DNA of 64,000 nt, taken from Clostridia bacterium (GTDB lineage: Bacteria; Bacillota; Clostridia; TANB77; RGIG9151). The notes under the pieces are model-generated. The model was not told the DNA's origin. It saw only the letters and a list, made by a program, of their open reading frames with translations, and did no database searches. The stretch is taken from NCBI GenBank assembly GCA_017450465.1, contig JAFSUW010000029.1, positions 41,572-105,571 on the forward strand, given 5' to 3'. Below, piece after piece: positions 20,175 to 31,300 of the stretch; position 1 is the first letter of the stretch; every line of letters starts with the position of its first letter. The translations under genes and the position numbers were made by a program.

Positions 20175-20870
20175 CTATTCTCCAACTTTTGAAGTACTGA
20201 TTCTAATACCAGGTCCCATTGTTGAAGAAATACTTATACTCTTTAAGTATTGTCCTTTTGCAGCTGATGGTTTTGCTTTTATTACTGCATTAATTAATGT
20301 TTTGAAGTTATCATTTAACTTCTCTGCACCAAATGATGCTTTTCCGATAGGACAGTGAATAATATTTGTTTTATCAAGTCTATATTCAATCTTACCAGAT
20401 TTAATATCAGCAACTGCTTTAGCTACATCAATAGTAACTGTACCTGATTTTGGGTTTGGCATAAGTCCTTTAGGGCCTAAAACTTTACCAAGACGTCCTA
20501 CAACACCCATCATATCTGGAGTTGCTACTACTACGTCAAAATCGAACCAGTTTTCACCTTGAATTTTTGTAACTAATTCTTCGCCACCTACATAATCTGC
20601 ACCAGCAGATTCTGCTTCTTTTACTTTATCACCCTTTGCGAAAACAAGTACTCTTAATGTTTTACCTGTTCCGTGTGGTAATACTACAACGCCTCTTACC
20701 TGTTGGTCAGCGTGTCTTGAATCAACGCCAAGTCTAATATGTGCTTCGATGCTTTCATCAAACTTAGCTTTTGCTGTTTCTACAACAATTTTGAATGCTT
20801 CATCTGTATCGTACATTTTGTTTGCATCGATAAGTTTAGCACCCGCATCGTATCTCTTTCCTCTTTTCAT
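20175..20870 (-). CDS. rplA: 50S ribosomal protein L1
   Basis: 231 aa, typical L1 sequence. Confidence 0.95.
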   Translation of the reverse strand: MKRGKRYDAGAKLIDANKMYDTDEAFKIVVETAKAKFDESIEAHIRLGVDSRHADQQVRGVVVLPHGTGKTLRVLVFAKGDKVKEAESAGADYVGGEELVTKIQGENWFDFDVVVATPDMMGVVGRLGKVLGPKGLMPNPKSGTVTIDVAKAVADIKSGKIEYRLDKTNIIHCPIGKASFGAEKLNDNFKTLINAVIKAKPSAAKGQYLKSISISSTMGPGIRISTSKVGE

Positions 20871-20917
20871 AATAAATACCTCCTTTGGTTCAAACGGCTT
20901 TTAGCCTCCCAATAAAT

Positions 20918-21346
20918 TTACTCAACAACTATTCCCATGCTTCTTGCTGTGCCTTTAACCATGCTCATAGCTGCTTTAATTGATGCTGCATTTAAGTCTT
21001 GCATCTTCATTTCCGCAATCTTTCTAACTGTTTCTTCAGAAATCTTAGCTACTTTATCTCTATTTGGTTTTGCTGATGCTGTAGCAATTCCTGCTTCTTT
21101 CTTTAACAAAACAGCAGTTGGCGGTGTTTTTGTAATGAATGTAAATGATTTATCTGCATAAATTGTTATAACTGCTGGAATGATCATACCAGGTTGACTT
21201 GCAGTTTTTTCATTAAATTCTTTACAAAATTGCATAATATTGATACCGTAAGGTCCAAGTGCTGGTCCAATTGGTGGTGCTGGATTTGCTTTTCCTGCTT
21301 CACATTGTACTTTTACGCTACCAACAACCTTCTTAGGTGCTGCCAT
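20918..21346 (-). CDS. rplK: 50S ribosomal protein L11
   Basis: Start at MAAPKKVVG with an AAAGGAG RBS. Contains the PPIGPALG motif. Confidence 0.95.
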   Translation of the reverse strand: MAAPKKVVGSVKVQCEAGKANPAPPIGPALGPYGINIMQFCKEFNEKTASQPGMIIPAVITIYADKSFTFITKTPPTAVLLKKEAGIATASAKPNRDKVAKISEETVRKIAEMKMQDLNAASIKAAMSMVKGTARSMGIVVE

Positions 21347-21367
21347 TATTCTCACTCCTTTCATTAA

Positions 21368-21910
21368 CTAGATTTTTTGTATTTGTGTAAATTCAAGCTC
21401 TGCAGGTGTTTCCCTGCCAAACATTGATACTAATACTCTTACTTTACGTTTTTCCATATTTATTTCTTCGATAATTCCTATAAAGTCTTGTAATGGGCCA
21501 TTTGTAACTTTTACATTATCACCTACTGCAAAATCAATTACTATGTCAAGTTCCTCAATACCCATATTTATTATTTCTTGGTCACTAAGTGGAATTGGTT
21601 TGTTACCGCTTCCTACAAAACCTGTAACACCACGGATATTTCTTACAATATACCATGTGTCATCAGTCATATACATTTTTACTAGAACGTATCCTGGAAA
21701 AACCTTTTTGAGAGATGTCTTTCTTTTACCATCTTTAATCTCAATTTGCTCTTCCATAGGAACTATAATTTCTAATATTTTGTCATGTAAATTTCTGTTA
21801 TCTACCATTTTGTCTAGATTTGCTTTTACTTTGTTTTCATAACCTGAATATGTGTGTACTACATACCATTTAGCATCTTGTTCATAATCTTCGTGAGCCA
21901 ACAATTTCAC
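21368..21910 (-). CDS. nusG: transcription termination/antitermination factor NusG
   Basis: NGN domain followed by a KOW domain (KVTNGPLQDFIGIIEE). Confidence 0.95.
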   Translation of the reverse strand: MKLLAHEDYEQDAKWYVVHTYSGYENKVKANLDKMVDNRNLHDKILEIIVPMEEQIEIKDGKRKTSLKKVFPGYVLVKMYMTDDTWYIVRNIRGVTGFVGSGNKPIPLSDQEIINMGIEELDIVIDFAVGDNVKVTNGPLQDFIGIIEEINMEKRKVRVLVSMFGRETPAELEFTQIQKI

Positions 21911-21939
21911 CTCCTAAATTAGTTTTATTATTGTACCCC

Positions 21940-22281
21940 TTAAGATTCTGATGTTTCTTGTGCTTGTGTAGTTTCTGTTGTTGTACCTTCGGTAGTATCA
22001 GTAGCTTCAGTACCTTCTGATTCTACATTTACTAAATCACTTAAATCAATGTCCTGCGTATATTCATCTGGAGTATCTGTATCTGTAACACCGATATCTG
22101 ATTTAATAATCTTACCAATTGCCCAACCACTTGCAAAATCAAAAGCAAATATTATAATACCTACAATAGCTACCATAACAATAACTGTAGCAGTACCATT
22201 AATAACTTCTTGACGTGTTGGCCAAATTACTTTTTTTAGCTCTGTTTTTGTTTCTTTTATAAAACTTTTATTATTATCCAT
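21940..22281 (-). CDS. secE: preprotein translocase subunit SecE with an acidic C-terminal extension
   Basis: SecE transmembrane core KKVIWPTRQEVINGTATVIVMVAIVGIIIFAFD, plus a ~55-aa D/E/T-rich tail. Confidence 0.85.
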   Translation of the reverse strand: MDNNKSFIKETKTELKKVIWPTRQEVINGTATVIVMVAIVGIIIFAFDFASGWAIGKIIKSDIGVTDTDTPDEYTQDIDLSDLVNVESEGTEATDTTEGTTTETTQAQETSES

Positions 22282-22315
22282 GCTTTCACATCCTTTGGTT
22301 TATTTTAAAATAAGC

Positions 22316-22465
22316 CTACTTTGTCTCTTTATGATCAGTATGTTTTTTGCAGAATTTGCAATACTTTTTCATTTCAATTCTATCAGGGTTATTTTTCTTA
22401 TTTTTCATAGAATCGTAATTTCTTTGTTTACATTCACTGCATTCTAATGTTATTTTTTCGCGCAT
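22316..22465 (-). CDS. rpmG: 50S ribosomal protein L33 (49 aa; absent from the ORF track)
   Basis: Manual translation gives [52 protein letters not shown] is AGGAGGTG. Confidence 0.85.
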   Translation of the reverse strand: MREKITLECSECKQRNYDSMKNKKNNPDRIEMKKYCKFCKKHTDHKETK

Positions 22466-22548
22466 TTTTATACACCTCCTGATTATTTCCGAAAGATATA
22501 AATATTTTTAGATACCAAAAAAAAATATCCTAGACGGAAATCAATAAT

Positions 22549-22579
22549 AAATTTAACATAATAAGGCAAATAAGTCAAT
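22549..22579 (-). promoter_or_regulatory. candidate sigma-A promoter for rpmG-secE-nusG-rplKA
   Basis: On the minus strand, TTGACT-17 nt-TAAATT. Found by eye, so tentative. Confidence 0.35.
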
Positions 22580-22635
22580 AGTTTTAACAAAAGTTTTTTT
22601 CTTTATTCATCGATTTTTTTCAATTTTCAAACTAA

Positions 22636-23136
22636 CTATTTTTGAATACCACTACTTCCAAAACCGCCACCGCGGTTTCCCTCAATTTTTGTAATGTCGT
22701 CTACCTCCACAAATTTAATCATAGGGACCCTTTGCAAAACCATTTGTGCTATTCTATCCCCTTTATTAATTTTATAAACACCTTTTTTATTACCTTTTTC
22801 ACCAATACTAAATGGGCCCTCATTTTTATAAGATTCTTCAGAGATATTGGTCATTATTATTCCTACTTCATCTCTATAACCAGCATCAATCGTACCTGGA
22901 GTATTTGGGACTCTTAAAGGATTTTTAGCAGATATTCCACTTCTTGGCCTTATTTGAATTTCAAACCCTGCTGGTATAGCAACTTTTAAGCCGGTTGGCA
23001 CTATTACTGTTTCGCCAGGATTTATTATCATATCCTCCGCTGCTCTTACATCCATTCCCGCATCATTTATATTTGCATATGCTGGTATTTCTACACCTTC
23101 TCGACATTTTTCAATATAAACCTCTATTTGTTCCAT
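22636..23136 (-). CDS. dut: dUTP diphosphatase
   Basis: dUTPase motifs AGMDVRA, RSGIS and GTIDAGYRDEVGI. Confidence 0.9.
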   Translation of the reverse strand: MEQIEVYIEKCREGVEIPAYANINDAGMDVRAAEDMIINPGETVIVPTGLKVAIPAGFEIQIRPRSGISAKNPLRVPNTPGTIDAGYRDEVGIIMTNISEESYKNEGPFSIGEKGNKKGVYKINKGDRIAQMVLQRVPMIKFVEVDDITKIEGNRGGGFGSSGIQK

Positions 23137-23149
23137 ATAAAAACCTCCT

Positions 23150-23836
23150 TTACGAAATTAATGCTATTATTTGAGCAATAATGGCCATTATGCCGCCTTG
23201 AACTAGAAAATTGATAAAGTACATTGGTATGGATTCATAAACCTTTATTTCGACTTTATCGGTGAATTTCGCTGCCGTGTCTTGCCCTATTTTCTGTGTT
23301 AAATAATCTTTTGCAAACTGTACCGACCGATAACACGCATCTGATTCTATTACCATTTTTACAAATGTCGTTATAAACCATATAAATATCTGTATTACAA
23401 GAAGCATAAGTTTTAGCTCTTTACTATCTATATAAAAGAAATATATACACACGAACAGAAAATATAATATCTGCAAGTTAGAAAATACCTTGTTCATTAC
23501 TAAATACTTCTTGTTTTGCGTTGTATGGACACATTCATGTGCAATATTTATTATGCGAGTGTATTCGCTTTTCTCAAAGCCGCCTACCACAATCTTATCT
23601 TTTGAATGGTCATAATAGCTAATTTTAGCATTCTTTTCTTTGTTATTTTCAACTTTAGTATGGTTATTACCATGCATTTTAAGTATATCAGTTGCTATTT
23701 CTACATTTTCTCCAAGCGTTTCAATATCTTTTGATAACTCACTATCGTATTTTAACTCTTTATAATTGATTTTCTTAAAATACACTATGCTAAGTAACAC
23801 TAATAAACTTAGTGTAGATACAAAAATATATATCAT
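23150..23836 (-). CDS. membrane protein with an HExxH motif (putative zinc metallopeptidase)
   Basis: AHECVH motif between transmembrane segments. Confidence 0.5.
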   Translation of the reverse strand: MIYIFVSTLSLLVLLSIVYFKKINYKELKYDSELSKDIETLGENVEIATDILKMHGNNHTKVENNKEKNAKISYYDHSKDKIVVGGFEKSEYTRIINIAHECVHTTQNKKYLVMNKVFSNLQILYFLFVCIYFFYIDSKELKLMLLVIQIFIWFITTFVKMVIESDACYRSVQFAKDYLTQKIGQDTAAKFTDKVEIKVYESIPMYFINFLVQGGIMAIIAQIIALIS

Positions 23837-23844
23837 ATTCCCTC

Positions 23845-24045
23845 CTATTTTTTCTTTAGTTTTGTTTTATTGCCAAATTCATCAACTATATAAGTGTTAT
23901 CAAGCTGAACTTTTAAACTATTTTTATACTCTTCGATATATTCTTTACGAAGACGTGCCTGTTCTTCTTTCTCTTCACTAGTTAATGTTCCTTCTTTCTG
24001 CTTTTTGGCAAGTAAGTTTATTCTTTCTATTTTTTCTTTTTCCAT
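23845..24045 (-). CDS. DUF896/UPF0291-family small protein
   Basis: MEKEKIERINLLAKKQKEGTLTSEEKEEQARLRKEYIE pattern. Confidence 0.75.
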   Translation of the reverse strand: MEKEKIERINLLAKKQKEGTLTSEEKEEQARLRKEYIEEYKNSLKVQLDNTYIVDEFGNKTKLKKK

Positions 24046-24150
24046 AACATACTCCTTTTAATATACCGGTCCCATACCTGCCTCATTATATTACATTATT
24101 CGTTTTTTAGCAATATAAAAGCACTTGTTTTAACAAGTGCTTTTTATCTA

Positions 24151-24384
24151 TTATTTTTCAACCAATATTGGTTTTATAGGTTTTGGTACTGGAATTGGAT
24201 TTTCTATTGGTTTTACTATTTTACTTCTAATAATTTTTTTAGCTTTCAAATCTTGATCCAACTTGATTGTTATTTTTGAATTTGTTTCTAGCTTCTTATT
24301 AAAGTTTAATGTTGTTGCCATTGCTGGCGCCATAGTAAACATTCCTATAATTACCACCATTAATAAAGATATTATTTTTTTCAT
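24151..24384 (-). CDS. small secreted protein with signal peptide, hypothetical
   Basis: 77 aa. Signal peptide plus a Pro/Lys-rich C-terminus. Confidence 0.45.
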   Translation of the reverse strand: MKKIISLLMVVIIGMFTMAPAMATTLNFNKKLETNSKITIKLDQDLKAKKIIRSKIVKPIENPIPVPKPIKPILVEK

Positions 24385-24542
24385 ATTACTTCCTCCTTTT
24401 TAGCGTCCTTAATAGTTATTTAACTAATTATATCTAACATTAATATTATACCACGTTTTCTTGAGTTATGTCAACTAAAGTGCATAAAAAATAAGGTACC
24501 CGTATAGTAAACGATAATTAATTGTTTTGCTTCGCAAAATTT

Positions 24543-24616
24543 GGTCGCTGTAGGCAGCGACCACTACAATAAAATAGCATTTTTCAAACTGTAGTGGCCG
24601 ATGCCCACATCGGCCA
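24543..24616. repeat. cluster of three GC-rich hairpins (CTGTAG family)
   Basis: ggtcgctgtaggcagcgacc, then ccactaca...tgtagtgg, then ggccgatgcccacatcggcc. Confidence 0.6.
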
Positions 24617-24658
24617 TATATTAATTAATCATCACTTACTAAAGAGTACCTTATTATA

Positions 24659-27600
24659 TTATTGCGCTTGTGTAAGATTTCTTAATACTGTTAAACTATC
24701 GCTTGGCGTTACTACTGTACTACCATTGTTATATGTTTGATAATAACTATCAATTAATGTAGTGTTATCTCCTGTACTCATTACCTCTAACGATGGTTTT
24801 GTTGGGTCTGTTGGAACCGGAATCGGTTCTTCAATAGTAGCACTTCCTAAATCAGTTAACTCTTTCTTTGCAGTATACTTTGCAACCAAAGTGGTTTCGT
24901 TACCGCATACATCAGTAGCTTTTATTGTTAATGTGTAACTACCTATTGTATTACCAATTTTAACTGTTACTGTCTTACCTGTTAGGTTAGCTCCAATGTT
25001 TACATTTACTAGATTACTTCCTGACATTTGATAAGAAAGTGCTTTTAAATGTCCTGTATCTTTAGCTATTATTTTAATACTTGCGCCAGTTTCTACTATA
25101 CTACCGCTTTCAGGAGATACGGTTATTGATGGTGGTGTTTTGTCATTAGTTTTGGCTTTAATTGTAAATGTCTTCGTAACGGATGTCTCCTCGCCATTTA
25201 CATTTTTAGCCGTTATCTTTAATGTTGCTTTTCCTTCATCTCTTGGTGCATACGTTGACTGTGTGAAACTTGCTGTGTTCTTTCCATCTATTGTTTTTAC
25301 AGTTCCATTATTCCACGAATAACTTAACGATGCTACGTTTACTTTATTATATGCACTTACATTTATTTTTACATTTGCTTCTGGATCGATTGTACCTCCA
25401 TCTGGTGTTACTGTTACTGTTGGAGGATTAACTGCTACAATTTCTTCCCATACTGCATATAATGTCATGTCTGAACTTATAGAAAGTTTTTCTCCATCCA
25501 CATATCTTACTGTTCCATTATTTGCATTTGTTTTAGTAGTTGCCCAACCTACAAAACTATATCCTGAACGTGTAAATTGGTTATTACTTAACACTTGTGC
25601 TACACCTGATCTAAAGGTTTGATTTGACATTGTGCCTGTTCCACCATTTGAATTAAATGTTATTGTGTAAGTTGCTATTTCTTGCTTACCATAACCGCAT
25701 TTTGTGCAAATTTCATTTTGTATAAAATGTCCCTCTTTTAAGGTAAATTTATCTAATTTACCACATTCACACTTGAAATCTAATTGATGCTCATTTGCAT
25801 CAACGGGCTTAACGTTGATTATAACGTATTTACATGTGTGTGGTAATTTTACGCTTGTGTTTGTTAAAGCTAATTTTAGTAAATAATAATCTGTAAGATC
25901 AATATAACCATTATTATCTACATCACCATATTTCATTTGAATATCTGTAAATCCAATTTCGTTATTTAAGAAACTTTCTAACCATGTTAAATCAGACGAA
26001 TTTACCACTCCATCCATATTAACATCGCCATAAATTTTCTTAACCTCACCACAGGCACATTTACCTGAAGAATATTTATGTGCTTCTGTTTCTTGATAGT
26101 TTATTTCACCACAATTACATGTATACACTATTATATGATTTTCATCACTATATCTTATTAATCCCTTATAATAACCAGATTTTGTACTACCTATACATAA
26201 GTGTGGTAAAATTGTGTTTTTACCACTTCTTAAAGAATATTTAAGAGTTACAAGATCCATTACATCTGTTTTACCATCACTAAATACATCAGCAGCTTTA
26301 GCATTCGCTAATGCAACTTTATTATTAATATAGTTACTAAATGCAATAATATCATCTTCATCTACTTTACCATTGCCATCTACATCACCATATAATACTG
26401 TTTGTTCTGTCGTATTTTTCTTAAATGATACGCTTATTTGATGATTCTTCATAACACCTTCAAAACGATATCCACCTTGGCTTTTATCACTATTAGGTGC
26501 TACAGGTGATACTTCCTTGCTATCTACTGTAAGTTTATCTAGTGTATAGCCATCATTTGCTTTATATGAAAATGTTTGTATTGCACCAGGAGCAACTTTT
26601 ATTTCTCCACTTGGAGTTATTGTACCATTTGCGCCTGCTTTTGCTGTAATTGTATACGTAGTTACTGTTCCTGATACTAAGTTATATGAACCTCCAATTT
26701 TTTGAGAAATTTGACCACAATTTACATATCCATAAAGTTCTATCTCACCAAGCCATGTATCTTTTGTTTCAATAGAAGTTTCTGCTGTATTTGTCCCTGG
26801 CTTAACTTCTTTTGTAACTAATACCCCATTATCAGATCTTAATTCTAAATAAATCTTTTCAATAGGTGCAGTTCCCATATTAGATGCACTAACCTTTATT
26901 GAACTTCCTGGGACTAAATTACCATTTGATGGATTTATATCTATTATTAAGTTATCAGACTTTTTAAATCCAACAATTATTTGGTGTTTTTCTAGAACAT
27001 TTTTAAATGTATATGTTCCTTGTCTTTCTCCACTATAGTTTGCTACTTCATTCCCATCTACTATAATTTTATCTATTACATATCCACTTTTTGCAGTAAC
27101 TGAAAAAGTTTGATCTGTACCTCTTTTAACTTTTACATCTCCGCTTGGTTCTATTGTACCATTTGAATCAGCCCTTGCTGTAATTACATATGAATCCGGT
27201 ACCTTTTGGAACACAGCACACGCTGATACTGTATTAGCAGGCATATTAAATACTAATTCACTACTATTTACACTATATATTTCTATGCCTTTTATATCTT
27301 TAAAACTTACAAATTCGTAACCTTTGCTAGGTACTGCATTAATTGTAACTGTGCTACCCGCTTCATAGTTACCATTACCTTTTACTTCACCACTACCTGA
27401 TTTTGTTACATTTACTTTATATGTAGGGATTTTAATAAACTTAGCTTTTAATGTTACCTTTACTTGTGGCATATTAAATGAAATTTGAGGATTATTTACT
27501 TCACTTACTGTAATACCTTTTACTGACGTCCATGAATCAAAAGTATATCCTGTATCAGGAGTTGCTTTAACTACTACTGCTGTACCTGGTGTAAATTTAC

Positions 27601-28186
27601 CACTGCCTTCAACAGTTCCTCCTTTTGTACCCGATGCTTTTACTTCAAACAATACATTTGACATATCTTTTTCGAAGTTGGCTTTCATTTTTACTTCATT
27701 TTTAGGCATCTTAAATGTAACTTGGCTACTTGTTACATCTATATTTACTCCAGTAACATCTGTCCAACCTGCAAATCTATAGCCACTATCTGCCATAGCC
27801 GTTACAAGTACTTGTGCATTTTCTTCATATTTACCAGCACCAGTTACTTTGCCTTTACCAGCTTTATTCACTTTTAAGCTATAAGTTGCTACTTTCACAA
27901 ATTTTGCCTTTAATGCTACTTTACTAGCAGGCATTGTGAATGTAACTTTATTACTCGTAGTATTAATGGTCACACCACTAACGTTAGTCCATTCACTAAA
28001 AGCATATCCACTTTTAGGAGTAGCTTCTACTGTTACTCTTGCTCCTTCCTCATATGTTCCTGCTCCTGTTACTGTCCCACTACCAGTTTTAGTTACCGCC
28101 ACTTTAAAGCCTGTAGCAGCAAAACTTAGCATCATTAATGACATAATAACAGTAATTGCCATTAATACAGCAATAATCTTTTTCAT
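24659..28186 (-). CDS. large secreted multidomain protein with InlB-B-like repeats, Ig-like domains, a Flg_new/Listeria-Bacteroides repeat and dockerin-type Ca-binding repeats
   Basis: Signal peptide. Repeats of GAGTYEEGARVTVEATPKSGYAFSEWT type, and dockerin-like YGDVDGNGKVDEDD / GDVNMDGVVNSSD. TFNSNGGTGT...GYSFVGWATT matches the Listeria-Bacteroides repeat. Confidence 0.8.
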   Translation of the reverse strand: MKKIIAVLMAITVIMSLMMLSFAATGFKVAVTKTGSGTVTGAGTYEEGARVTVEATPKSGYAFSEWTNVSGVTINTTSNKVTFTMPASKVALKAKFVKVATYSLKVNKAGKGKVTGAGKYEENAQVLVTAMADSGYRFAGWTDVTGVNIDVTSSQVTFKMPKNEVKMKANFEKDMSNVLFEVKASGTKGGTVEGSGKFTPGTAVVVKATPDTGYTFDSWTSVKGITVSEVNNPQISFNMPQVKVTLKAKFIKIPTYKVNVTKSGSGEVKGNGNYEAGSTVTINAVPSKGYEFVSFKDIKGIEIYSVNSSELVFNMPANTVSACAVFQKVPDSYVITARADSNGTIEPSGDVKVKRGTDQTFSVTAKSGYVIDKIIVDGNEVANYSGERQGTYTFKNVLEKHQIIVGFKKSDNLIIDINPSNGNLVPGSSIKVSASNMGTAPIEKIYLELRSDNGVLVTKEVKPGTNTAETSIETKDTWLGEIELYGYVNCGQISQKIGGSYNLVSGTVTTYTITAKAGANGTITPSGEIKVAPGAIQTFSYKANDGYTLDKLTVDSKEVSPVAPNSDKSQGGYRFEGVMKNHQISVSFKKNTTEQTVLYGDVDGNGKVDEDDIIAFSNYINNKVALANAKAADVFSDGKTDVMDLVTLKYSLRSGKNTILPHLCIGSTKSGYYKGLIRYSDENHIIVYTCNCGEINYQETEAHKYSSGKCACGEVKKIYGDVNMDGVVNSSDLTWLESFLNNEIGFTDIQMKYGDVDNNGYIDLTDYYLLKLALTNTSVKLPHTCKYVIINVKPVDANEHQLDFKCECGKLDKFTLKEGHFIQNEICTKCGYGKQEIATYTITFNSNGGTGTMSNQTFRSGVAQVLSNNQFTRSGYSFVGWATTKTNANNGTVRYVDGEKLSISSDMTLYAVWEEIVAVNPPTVTVTPDGGTIDPEANVKINVSAYNKVNVASLSYSWNNGTVKTIDGKNTASFTQSTYAPRDEGKATLKITAKNVNGEETSVTKTFTIKAKTNDKTPPSITVSPESGSIVETGASIKIIAKDTGHLKALSYQMSGSNLVNVNIGANLTGKTVTVKIGNTIGSYTLTIKATDVCGNETTLVAKYTAKKELTDLGSATIEEPIPVPTDPTKPSLEVMSTGDNTTLIDSYYQTYNNGSTVVTPSDSLTVLRNLTQAQ

Positions 28187-28337
28187 AAGTTTATCCTCCC
28201 TTTATTTCCCAAAAAAACATACTCCTATTCATTTATATTATCGCCTAAACAAATTATTTATGCAATGCGAATTAAAATGTTGTTTTATATAGAATATACC
28301 ATTATTTTTTCAATATTTTTACTGATTTATACACAAA

Positions 28338-28367
28338 AAAAGTAGACAAATTTGTCTACTTTTTTGT
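28338..28367 (-). terminator. terminator after the giant surface-protein gene
   Basis: aaaaaaagtagacaaatttgtctactttttt. Confidence 0.65.
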
Positions 28368-28398
28368 ATGAATAATTATAAGTGCTGAAGTATATTCT

Positions 28399-31300
28399 CT
28401 ATCTTGCTGTAACCTCATAGATAACTTTATCTGTAGTTACTCCACAAACACATGCACCATCTACAAAAGTATGAGTATGTGGCAATTCAGTTATTTTTCC
28501 TTCTGCATATGCTCTTATTATTATTGAATCTTCCTTTGTAACTTTTCCGTCACTATCTACGTCGCTATTTGCTGCAACATAATCCATGCTGAAACCTGAT
28601 AATACATTATAGAGTACAAGATTTGCATCATCTACTGTTACTATTCCATCACCATCAGCATCGCCTAGTATCTTAACGAATTTTAAGTATGGTAATGTTT
28701 CATAGTCACTCCATTTTGCTAAATGTCTAGATAATATTACATAATCTAAGTGATTTATCATACCATCTACATTTACATCAGCATTTACTGGATTAACTTG
28801 TTCTATATAACCTTCCCAGTCTTCTAAGGCTCTTATTAATATTACTCTATCTATTGCTGTTACTGTACCATCACTATTTACATCACCATATACAATTGGC
28901 TCTTCTATCATATATGTTATATTTTTTAATATCTTCTTGTTACCAGCTACATCTTTAGCTGTTACTGCTAATTTATGTACTCCTGGTTCTTTTGATATAT
29001 TAGTTGTCACTACAACCTTTGTTTTCCCTGTTACACTTGATACATTAACAATAGTACCTTCGTCCCATTGATATGTAATTTCATCAAGTTTACCAGCATC
29101 TGTTACTGTCATTGTTATTTTGCTTCCTGGTTCTACTATACTACCATGTTCTGGATTTAAGACTATTTCTGGTACTTCTCTATCAGAATTTATTGTATAT
29201 TTTACTGTTAATGTCCTTGAGTTTCCAGAAGTATCTTTTGCAATTATTTTTAGTGTATAGTTTCCATCAGCTGTTGGAGAGTCAAAACTTTTAGCAACTT
29301 CAGTTTTACCCTTTACATCACTAAATGATACTGTTTTTTCATTGTTCCACTGATATGTTAATGATGCTAAGCCAACATTATCAGTTGCTTTAATTGATAT
29401 TGCAACACCTGGTTTAATATTTGATAAAACTGGTGATATTACAGTTATTTCAGGTGACTCTGAATCAAGCTTACTCGTATCTAACACTTCAATATCTACT
29501 GTAAATATTCTACTATTTCCAGCCACATCTGTTGCTACTACTTTAAGTACATGATTTCCATCAGTAGTAGGGGCAGCAAATGTTGTAGTTATAGTTTCTT
29601 TATTAGCTACGCCAGGAACAGATTTAGCAGTACCGTTATCCCATTGATATGTTAATGTATTAAGCATTTTATTATCAGTTGCCTTTATAGTAACATTTGT
29701 GCTTGGCTCTACTGGACCTTTTTTAGGGCTTACTAATACAATTTCTGGTGCTTCTCCATCAATCTTATCTGCATCTAACACTTCATATTCAGTAGTTACT
29801 GTCTTAGCATTTCCTGCAATATCTTTTACTATTAATTTTAATGCATGTTTTCCATTAGCAGTAGGAGCATTAAATGTTGCAGTTACAGTTTCTTTGTTGC
29901 TTACATTTGCTATAGCTACTGCTTTTTCATTATCCCATTGATATGTTAGTGTACTAATTCCAATATTATCAGTTGCTTTTACAGTAATTACTGTATTTGG
30001 CACTATTGGATTTGTTGTTGGGCTTACTATTTCTATTTCTGGTGGAACTTGATCTTGTTTATCCTTACCTAGTACATTATATTCAGCTGTTACAGATCTA
30101 TCATTTCCGCCTAAGTCTGTTGCTAATAGTTTCAGTACATAATTTCCCTCAACTGATGGGGCAGGGAATTTTACAAGTGATGTTAATTTACCATTTACTG
30201 CCATAATAGTTTCAGTTTGACCATTACCCCATTGATATGTGAATGTATTAAGTCCCTTGTCATCAGACACATTTACTTCAAATATCGTACCTGGTTCTAT
30301 TGGATTTGATCTTGGGCTTATTATTTCAACATCTGGTGCTATTGAATCTGTATTTGAGAAAAATTTCTCTCTTAATGTCTTACTTTCACCAAATACTGTT
30401 TCACCTGTAATCAATTCAACAACATCCCAAGTAGGTATATCTAATGTTCTAAACATTAATATTACGAAATTATCCCATGTTAATTTATCTGTTCCATGGT
30501 CAAATAAACTAGCTGTTAATTGTAGCTTTGCAGCCTCTTGTGCATAATTTCCTGGCCATGTGCCTTGTTTTTCAACATATTGGCCTCTACCTGTTATCCT
30601 TATTAAATAAGTTATTGCTTCATTGAATGTAACTTTAGTGGTTGGCTTAAATGTACCATCTTCATAAGCACTCATTATGCCATTTTCCACTGCTAATTCT
30701 ATCCAACCAGCATTCTTGTTACTCTTAATATCTGACATTGTTATGTAATTTTTAGCAACATTCGCTTCTTCCTCAGTAATTCCATACATTTTGCAGATAT
30801 ATTTTGCAAATTCTGCTCTCGTTATAGTAGCTGTTACCTTCTTTGATTCAGATGTACTTACTATACCTAAATCTATCAAATCTTTTAATGAAAACTCATA
30901 GTACTCATTCAAGTCATCACTTAATACATCATAACCAAATTCCTTCATTGCCACATTACCATAAATATCTGTAGCAGTAATGGTTACACCCAAATGTCCT
31001 GTTTTATTCAATACAACATTTACTTGAGCTTTCTTTCTACTATCTGTATAAGTTGATTTTACTGGGTTCTCATTATTTACTTGATATGTTAATTCTTTTA
31101 ATCCACTATCATCTGTTACAGTAAATGCTATAACAGTATTCATTTCTACATCAGAATTATGTTGCATATTTGTAGTAATTACTGGAGCAACCTTCTCTGT
31201 TGGAGGTGGTGTTGTACCATTATCTACTATATACTCAGTTACTAATGTTCTACTATTTCCAGCTAAATCTTCTGCTACTACTTTTAATGCATGAATTCCA

